A DNA stretch of 63,693 bases, filler included, from Bigelowiella natans CCMP2755 (taxonomy: Eukaryota > Protista > Cercozoa), in assembly GCA_000320545.1 (NCBI GenBank). It is 7 parts of 7 records of this genome, joined end to end, with 100 filler letters (N's around TTAATTAATTAA, not from the genome) between each part and the next. Parts side by side here need not be neighbours in the genome. Positions count along the whole stretch, not along the records: positions 46,295 to 62,562 come from ADNK01002589.1; positions 62,663 to 63,693 come from ADNK01001345.1; 5 more parts are not named here. One strand, written 5' to 3'. The position numbers were made by a program, and so were the translations under genes. The notes below the pieces were generated by a model. It did not search any database. It was not told where the DNA came from and worked only from the letters and a program-made list of their open reading frames with translations. Positions 53,286 through 63,693 of the stretch are shown here, one piece after another; within the stretch, counting starts at the first letter, position 1; each line of letters starts with the position of its first letter.

Positions 53286-53659
53286 GGTGCTGTGGTCTGA
53301 TAGCCCCTCTCCCTCTGTGTAGCCTCTGGTAAGATGTGGGTATTTGCGTCTGTTGGTAGTAACTGACTCAACTATTTTCACCCTAAGATATCCTAAACTT
53401 TTAGTCACTATTCCTGGATACCAATCAGCAGAAATATCAACGGAGATTATCCTGCGACAACCTCCGTGGATGAAGATCTCTTTGATTTCCCCGTACGGTC
53501 AGCAACATGTAAGTTCTTAGGACACGCGACAAGCCTAATATGTTGTCGTAGATATGTATAAGATCCCATTCTTCTCGTAACAAGACATTGCATTCCACGT
53601 GGTTTAAACCCGTACCCCACCTACACGCAAAACTGGTTTGCTCAGATTCAAGCTCGTCT

Positions 53660-55402
53660 ATGCTGTTCTCCCGCGCCCGCTCCTTTACCCGCTTCGTGGT
53701 AAGGAGAATAGTGCTAGATTCATATATTAGACTGAATTCGGTACCAACTGACCAAACTCAACCGCCCTTGTTCTTCTGATCGAAAAACACATGTGTTCAC
53801 TTACAGCGGGGAGTCACTTGCAGCTCACGCTCCAAGCATACCCTTGTGCTCGTTCGTCATGGACAAAGTATTTGGAATCTGGAGGTATAATTTGATGTCC
53901 ACGTTAGAATAATTTTGCGGAGTCACCTAGAAATTTCGTTTTTGAGGGGATGAACTCTAAAACAGAATAAATTCACCGGGTGGTACGATGTCGAGCTCTC
54001 TGAAAAGGGTATGATGCACTTGATACCTAGCATCAAATACAGAAGATAGGATTTTTATTTCGTTCACCCAGGTCACGAGGAAGCTGCTGAGGCTGGAAAG
54101 CTCATACATGAAGGCGGCTTCACATTCGACAAAGCCTACACCTCCGTGTTAAAGGTCACTCATAGCACGAACACATGCTGACTATCTTCTATTTTTCTCG
54201 TGGGTTGTTTTAGGAATATTTATTGAGGTGCATAAAATATCACTTATTATAATTTAGCGTGCGATTCGCACCCTCTGGCACACTTTGGAGCAATCGGATC
54301 AAATGTATATTCCAGTGCAGAAGGAATGGAGACTCAACGAGAGGCACTATGGTGCACTGACGGTCAGATTTAGACAAGCAGTGTTTCTCTGATTAACAAA
54401 AATAACATAATATTCGAACGAAAAAAATGAGGCAGAGAAGAAAATGAGCCTGTCCATGAAGTTATCTTAGTTCAACTTTCAAAAACACAATTGATTCTTA
54501 GGGTCTAGACAAGCAACAAACCGTTGAAAAGCATGGAAAAGAACAAGTCTTAATCTGGAGGCGTAGCTTTGATATCCCACCCCCAGATCTTGATGAAAAG
54601 AGCGAGCATTTCCCAGGGAACGATCCAAAGTATTCAAAGCTCCCTAAAGATGTACTTCCAAAAGGAGAATCTCTTAAGGTAGAGTCTCAAATTGAAGAGA
54701 GTGAAATCCTGTAGTCGATAAACAATTTTCACAACAATCAGTTGACTGCGGAGCGAGTTATGCCTCTCTGGGCTGACCAAATTGTGCCAGACATCAAAGA
54801 TGGAAAGAATATCATAATTGCAGCCCACGGTGACTTCAATTGTCTTCCTGAAAGCATTACGTGCTGTCTGATATTGTGTCGTAAGAGATTTGGTGTGGTT
54901 TTGTGCGTATGTATGTGATGTGATGTGATGTGATGTAAACACTATTTCATCAAAGTATTGATCATCTTTCAGGAAACAGTCTTCGTGCTTTGGTGATGCA
55001 TCTCGATAACATCTCCCACGACGAGATTACTGAACTCAATATCCCTACTGGTACGAGAACAATGTAGCAGGAAAATGAGAAGTAGTGATCTTTAAATCAT
55101 ATTGATTTTCTTCTTCCAAATTTATCCTCAGGAGTTCCATTGGTGTACGAACTTGACGACGAGATGAAGCCTATCCCCCACCCTGTCGGGAAGCTTAGAT
55201 AGGAGCCGTTAGATGACTGACACATACATTCTATTATTTGAATGTGAAGCGGCATGAAAATATTTCTTCTTCGTCATAGAATTTTTTATTGAACCTTTTA
55301 TGTATAATTTAGGACGCTATTGCCCCTCTTCAAGGACGTTACCTCGGCGACCAGGAAGCAGTTAAGGCTCGCATTATGGGTGTTAAAAACCAAACGAAGT
55401 AG
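53660..55402 (+). CDS. gpmA: 2,3-BPG-dependent phosphoglycerate mutase with mitochondrial-type presequence, multi-exon
   Basis: [14 protein letters not shown]|[15 protein letters not shown]...AYTSVLKRAIRT...[16 protein letters not shown]...[10 protein letters not shown]...AAHGNSLRAL...[14 protein letters not shown]...KNQTK*. Confidence 0.95.
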
Positions 55403-56365
55403 GTCTATGGAATATAGAATGCACGACGAACACAAGGATCTTTGAATAAAAAAACCTCGCAATTTTCAAGCAAAATATCAGATACATGTTATGAGCGCGC
55501 CGGCTTCCTTACCGCTGCATGACTCTTTACGAGTCAGCAGTGTTTCTTACGGGCTGTATTGATATTGAATCGACTGTCGAAGCTTCAGCGCGAAACTTAA
55601 GGAAAGAACTGAATATATTAGATATAGCTAGCTAGATAGATAGCCCACCACGCACATCGCTAGCAAATAAGCAGATTGTGCTAATCTGGTAATGTGTGTA
55701 ATGTGCGCGTGCGCGCGTGTGGACTTTCTAGCTCTGTGTTTTTGTGTGTGTATTTGTGCTATAGTGCACGTCTAGACGTGTAAATATGTACATATGGACA
55801 ATGCATGTAAGTATATGCATCATCTGGCCTCATGCTAGCATGCACCAAGCTAGCAAGCGATCTAGCGATCATTAGATCACATGAATGACTCTGATATTAC
55901 AATCATTTTAGTCAAGCTGATGATCGCTGTATGTGCAAAGCAATGATGAGAAACGCGTTTATATATATGCCTAACGTGTGCGCACAAACATATATCGATA
56001 CCGCATTTCGTCGCTGCTAGCTTGAAAGGGTTATCTAGTTATGCTTCTGCGGTTTTGCTGGCATTTATTGCTTCGGCACACTTAGATACAATACGTGCGT
56101 GGAGCGACTATCGAATATATAATATGCGCTGCTGTAACTAGATAATAAAGCAACACAACACACACACACACACACACACACACAACCACACACACACACA
56201 CACACTCACATACACAAATGCACACACTGGACTGTCGTACGGAAGACACATTCCTTGATTCTAGAATTCAATGCTTGCCATGTGGATAGTGTTGCACTGT
56301 TACACGATCTTTCATAGAGACTATTGTTCAACTAAAGTTTTCCTCTCTGGATTGGCTTCTCTTAT

Positions 56366-58920
<2,555 letters not shown>

Positions 58921-59600
58921 TTTCTGTACGTACATTAATTCGTTGTCACCACGTAAGTAAAGTACAGGTGTCGATGGAATACAAACAAGGTAAAAATTGC
59001 CTCACATTACATATTTCATAAGAAACACGAGTTATTCATGGGTTAGAAGGAACAGTATTGTACCAGTTCTTTTTGTGAAGGAAGGTAGAAGGGGGGTTAA
59101 CTTTTGAGGTATGGATGCTTGGTGTACAGCAGCCGTTCGCCGTTCGAAGGTTTAAGAACCAACTCACGACAATTCCAAAAATCAAGGAAAATCGATCGTA
59201 TCTATCACTACGACAATGCGCTTCTCTCATTCTTAGCCAAAATAGAAAGCATTCTCACTTCGAGTACCACGAGAAGCTGATGAAGCTGGAATTCCTAGAT
59301 TGGGATTATAGATGCCATTATCTCAATGCGACATGGTGACGAAATAGAACACGTGTAGTTTCGTGACTCCGTGACCTGGAACCACACGCTCGATCACTGG
59401 CCAACAAAAATCAAGAAAAGGGGTGCAGTTTTGTTCAAGTAATATGTTTTGATTTGTCGCAGATAGATAGTCCCAGAGTACGGCGTATTTGTCTAAAGGT
59501 ACCAAGGTACCGCAGAATTTCCTGGAACATCGTTTGGGAGCTGTTCTTTCTGGGAGAGACAACCAAAAAGCGTCGAAAATTTAAAAAATGAAATTTAGAT

Positions 59601-60615
59601 CTGGTCAGTTGGTCAGTTTGCATTTGCGTTTGAGAAGGGGCTCTGGAGGGAGTCCAAAAGGAAAATGTTGCAGGTATGCACCTTCACCTACCTCATTGTG
59701 CACCCCTTTGCACCTTCCACCTACAATAGGATGCGATCCACCCCACAAATCGACGAAATCACGTCATCCCATAAAACGTCAACATGTATTAAAAATCCTC
59801 GTACCATATTTCGTCGATTTATGGGATGTGGATCGCACCCTAATCCAAAACTGGGCAAAATGAACCAACTCGACTGTCATCCAGACCGGAGATTTGGAGC
59901 ACTTTGCCCAGTTTTGGACTCGACCCGTTCCACGCAAATACAAACGGACCAACCAACCGACCAACCACCTTCGATATCACCTAATTTAATTTATTTTATT
60001 TTCGAAGCGCTTTTTTGTGAAGACAGACCAACCAAAGTTTAAACATGTGACCAGTTTTGCAACTTCAAACTGACCAGTCGAAACTGACCAGTGTTGTCAT
60101 GTTGTTGTCTGGTGCAAAATCAGAAAAAATCCAAAAATGACATGATTTTTCTCGTCATGTTGTCTCACGCACATCATGCTGATGTCAAACCGAACAACAT
60201 GTGCAAAATGTTTGTCCAAAATGAGCCAATTTGAACGTTTCGCTTCACGTTCCATCTTTTTATTTTCCAACATTTTCGGTCAACATGATGGATTGATACC
60301 CAACAAACATCTACACACCTCAGAAATCCACTAGTCGAGATTCGAGATTGACGTCGATTGCGATGGGCATGTTTCCAATCAATGCACCGCAACAATATCG
60401 ATGATGTATCCACACATTTTTGTCAAAATTTGAAGTCAGTTCAAACATTTTCAAAACGAAATTGGTCAGATTGGTTGGTCAGTCAGTTTGCATTTGCGTG
60501 GAACGAGCAAAAATCCATGAAAATCAACACCCAAAATCACCAAAAAAAAACCAACGCAGATTGGTTGGTCGGTTGGTCAGTTTGTATTTGCGTGGAACAG
60601 GTCGGCTCAGAGGGA
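59601..60615. repeat. Structured non-coding repeat region (MITE-like): four copies of a ~30-45 bp motif in both orientations plus two hairpins
   Basis: GGT(T/C)(A/G)GT(C)(A/C)GTTTG(C/T)ATTTGCGT-type motif at 59601-59629(+), 59921-59966(-), 60471-60505(+) and 60563-60604(+). Hairpins at 59727-59759/59808-59842 and 59844-59862/59900-59918. Confidence 0.7.
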
Positions 60616-60925
60616 ATTTGTCAGGACTACTTTGCGAATGTTGTCGTCAAATGAAAATCGGTTTGATTTGAGGAGACGAAACTGCGTCTTTGGTGAACAG
60701 TGATGAACACGAATTCTGTTCGTGGTCGTGATTGTTCATGATCAATGATGCCTCACAATGCAAGCTAGCAAGCCAGTCATGATAATCATGGCAGCCTGCT
60801 GGCTAGCTGACCAGGTGGACAATGGATTCGTGATGATGCGGCAGCAACAATGTGGCCACTTTCCACTAGTCCAGCTCGTTTGACAGCACAGATGACAGCT
60901 AGACAGAACACGCACGTGCACGTGA

Positions 60926-61250
60926 TGTAGCGCGTACCACTACGCGGGCACAAGTCACGTGCGACAACAAAGGGGTTGTCGCGGATATAGAATATAGATA
61001 ACGTAGATATTAATACAGCATAGGCACGTGGGTTCCGGCGGGACTCATGGCAGCACACCGGAAGTGTGCTGCCCCACGTGCGGCGGCATTCGCGAAAGCT
61101 TCGCGAATGATTACGCAGTGCACGATTTAACAAAAATATAATCTTTAATAAAAATAAACAAAACTCTTCAAAAGGAAGCAAACGTGCCTTCCCCCCCCCT
61201 GCCTACTTGTGCACGTAGCGCCTCGGCCTGTGAACACCTTACGCGCAACA
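60926..61250 (+). mobile_element. 5' LTR (325 bp) of a Ty3/Gypsy-like retrotransposon
   Basis: Begins TGTAGCGCGTA and ends TACGCGCAACA (10/11 inverted match, TG...CA). Contains AATAAA at ~61147-61158 and is followed by a PBS-like sequence and gag. Confidence 0.75.
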
Positions 61251-61255
61251 ACCTT

Positions 61256-61272
61256 TGGCTTCCACACACGGG
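61256..61272 (+). promoter_or_regulatory. Putative primer-binding site TGGCTTCCACACACGGG
   Basis: Starts with TGG (complement of tRNA CCA) 5 nt after the LTR end. Confidence 0.6.
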
Positions 61273-61289
61273 AAACGATTTGACTAACA

Positions 61290-62562
61290 ATGTCACAGCA
61301 GCTAGAAGAACAGCAGGACTTTGGCTCGCAGGCCGTGCAAGGGCACGAGCAGAAACAGGAAAGGAAGGGCGATACGGACGCTAAGGAAGGAGGAGGAACA
61401 CCTCCACAGGCACCGCCGGGACCAGCACCCGGGATTAAGAAAGCAGATGCAGCAGCAGAGGCACTGGAGAACTTCTACGAGGCGGACGACGAGGACGTGG
61501 CCGCCGAAAGCAAGAAGGTCGTAATGGCATTACGAGCCTTGCGACCCAGGGCGAGCAACTACGCCAAACTGAAAGTATCGATAGAATACAAGTATCAGAC
61601 ACATGATGTTTGGGCAGCTATCATGCAGGACATCATGGATTACGAAGCAGACTTACCTCCAGAGTGGGCAGCTTTGTTTAGGAACGACGGGGGTCTGGGC
61701 GCCTCGCGGGGGACGACCCAGAGCACCGTCAAGCAGCAGCAGCCGGTACAGCGGAACACCCAGTTCATGTCTGTTAAAACAGCACCGGTTATGATAACGA
61801 AATACAACGGGAAAAGAGGTGAGGCAAGGAGGTGGTGGAAGAACGCTAGGAGTATACTCTGCGACTTTACCCCTAACCCCACCGAAAACGACAAGCTCAA
61901 ATGGCTAGCTATAATAAAGCAAGCCATGGACCTTTACGAGACAGGCAGGACCCGGATCAGGCAGCTAGAGAAAATACACACTACAGTTAGTGGGCTACGA
62001 GACGTTGAGGCGATAATGAAGGCTTTTGTAAATGAACAGGATGCTAACTCCCTACCCCAGGCTATTAGAAAATACAGAGCAATGATGCAGCATGAGAGAG
62101 AACCTGTTAGAGACTTTGCCACGCGCTTCCAGGATATGATCGACGAACTACATGATTTTAATTACAACACAGGTGATGATCAGGCAAGGTTTGAAGAGTT
62201 CAAGTTAAAGATAAAGGAATCCACTTACGTTACGGAGAAAGGCTACACCACGATGGAGGCAGCAGTGCAGGCTATATCCCTACGCGAGCAGGAGCAGGAC
62301 CGCAAGTTTACCAGCCCTAAGGTACCTGGCATAGGAAACATTAACGCTATTAAGCCGCAGCGAGACTGGTACAAGGACAGGGAAGGTAACCGACGTTGCG
62401 GATACTGCTCACGTAAAGGGAAACACACCGCTAAAGACTGCAGAGACAGGAAAGAAGGACGACCCAGGATGACGATCAGGCAGCTCAACGAACACTACGA
62501 GAAGTTAAAGAGAAAGAAAGGCAGAGGACAAGGATATAACAACAGCAAATGGCAAGGCAGCA
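61290..62562 (+). CDS. gag: Retrotransposon Gag (capsid-like region + zinc knuckle), truncated by gap
   Basis: Intronless ORF of >420 aa with MHR-like QHEREPVRDFATRF and zinc knuckle CGYCSRKGKHTAKDC, directly downstream of the LTR and PBS. Confidence 0.8.
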
Positions 62563-62662
62563 NNNNNNNNNNNNNNNNNNNNNNNNNNNNNNNNNNNNNN
62601 NNNNNNTTAATTAATTAANNNNNNNNNNNNNNNNNNNNNNNNNNNNNNNNNNNNNNNNNNNN
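62563..62662. other. Assembly gap/linker
   Basis: N44-TTAATTAATTAA-N44. Confidence 0.98.
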
Positions 62663-62971
62663 CACAGCCCCCCCCCCCCCCGGTGTTGTTTGTTGTGATA
62701 TTTTATAACATACCGCCGCACGCCGAGCCGCAACGCACCGAGCTGCAGTGTGAAGATCCGCTGCGGAGCGCAGTCTCTCTCTATATTTACCTGGTTACGG
62801 ATACACCCCATACTCTGTATCGAGAGATAGTACTGAGTGCTGACTCTCACTCCTCTCTCGCTCGCCCCACACACACTTATCTCTCTCACTATATTTAACG
62901 CCGAGCTCTTCCTCATACTCTAATTTAACATTTCACGGAATCTGATAATCTCTGACAACGCGCGAATACGC

Positions 62972-63040
<69 letters not shown>

Positions 63041-63049
63041 TTTACAAAA

Positions 63050-63088
<39 letters not shown>

Positions 63089-63161
63089 CGAATTCCTTTT
63101 CCCTTCTTCTTCTTTATCATCTTGTTATCATCATTATTATTATTATTAAGTAATTCGCAAC

Positions 63162-63615
63162 CGCTTCCTATGTAGAACTGCATAAACTGCGCATGTCCCA
63201 TCATCTGAATGAGAGGGCAACAGCCACGACGATAACTATCACGATAATGATGATGATGGTGATGATGATGATATGTATAAAGATGGTGATAATGTCATCT
63301 TCAGTCGTGGTTTCCCCACAGTCGTCATCGTTGTGCGTAGTCGCCGATGTTTGGCATTTTGAGGTGTGTATTCACATACATCCACGAGGATTGGGGCGAA
63401 GCTCGTCAAAGCGTACATGTTCAGACCGAAGTGGAAGAAACCTGCAGGAAGGGGAGGAGGAGAAACGAGGAAGATCGTCGCCCATTTACGACGTGATAGG
63501 AGACAGAATGGCATTGATAATGATGATAAATGCTCGATGGCAAGAGAGGCGGCGTGAGGAGTGCAGGCACCTTGATGACTGAATACCGATGTCAGAGTTG
63601 TATGTAGCCGCCCAG
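63162..63615 (-). CDS. Rhomboid-family intramembrane protease fragment (PARL/RBL-like)
   Basis: Exons GRLHTTLTSVFSHQ|GFFHFGLNMYALTSFAPILVD|MMGHAQFMQFYIGS match the TS.FSH...H...NM..L..F rhomboid motif. Confidence 0.7.
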
Positions 63616-63693
63616 AAGCAAGGGATGCAAACTGACGAATTATTGCAACGACAGCCAGCCAAGAAACACGACAGCATCAATGTATGCATGATG

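Noticed and set aside
59601-60615. CRISPR-like array
   Set aside because: The copies are degenerate, irregularly spaced and in mixed orientation, with no cas genes in a eukaryotic context.

Overview
Eukaryotic, intron-rich nuclear DNA in seven contigs joined by six artificial 100-nt linkers (N44-TTAATTAATTAA-N44). Most short ORFs in the track are microsatellite artefacts, so I assembled genes by hand from GT-AG exons and their boundaries are approximate. Recognisable genes: a CDC48/AFG2-like AAA ATPase fragment, a NOL/NYC1-like SDR, an R3H + G-patch (Sqs1-like) protein, the 3' end of a carotenoid oxygenase, p31comet, a GNAT-like protein, a DsbA-like thioredoxin, TRAPPC8, THOC2, a tandem cupin, dPGM (gpmA), PDX1, a rhomboid fragment and several hypothetical genes. 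The 5' LTR, primer-binding site and gag of a Ty3/Gypsy-type element are also present. Signal-plus-transit leaders, a chlorophyll b reductase-like SDR and a mitochondrial-type PGAM suggest a secondary-plastid alga such as a chlorarachniophyte (inference). The most unusual feature is a 1.2-kb cassette (14129-15332) in which ~134-bp near-perfect inverted repeats tightly enclose an intronless 286-aa ORF of unknown function with no transposase motifs.
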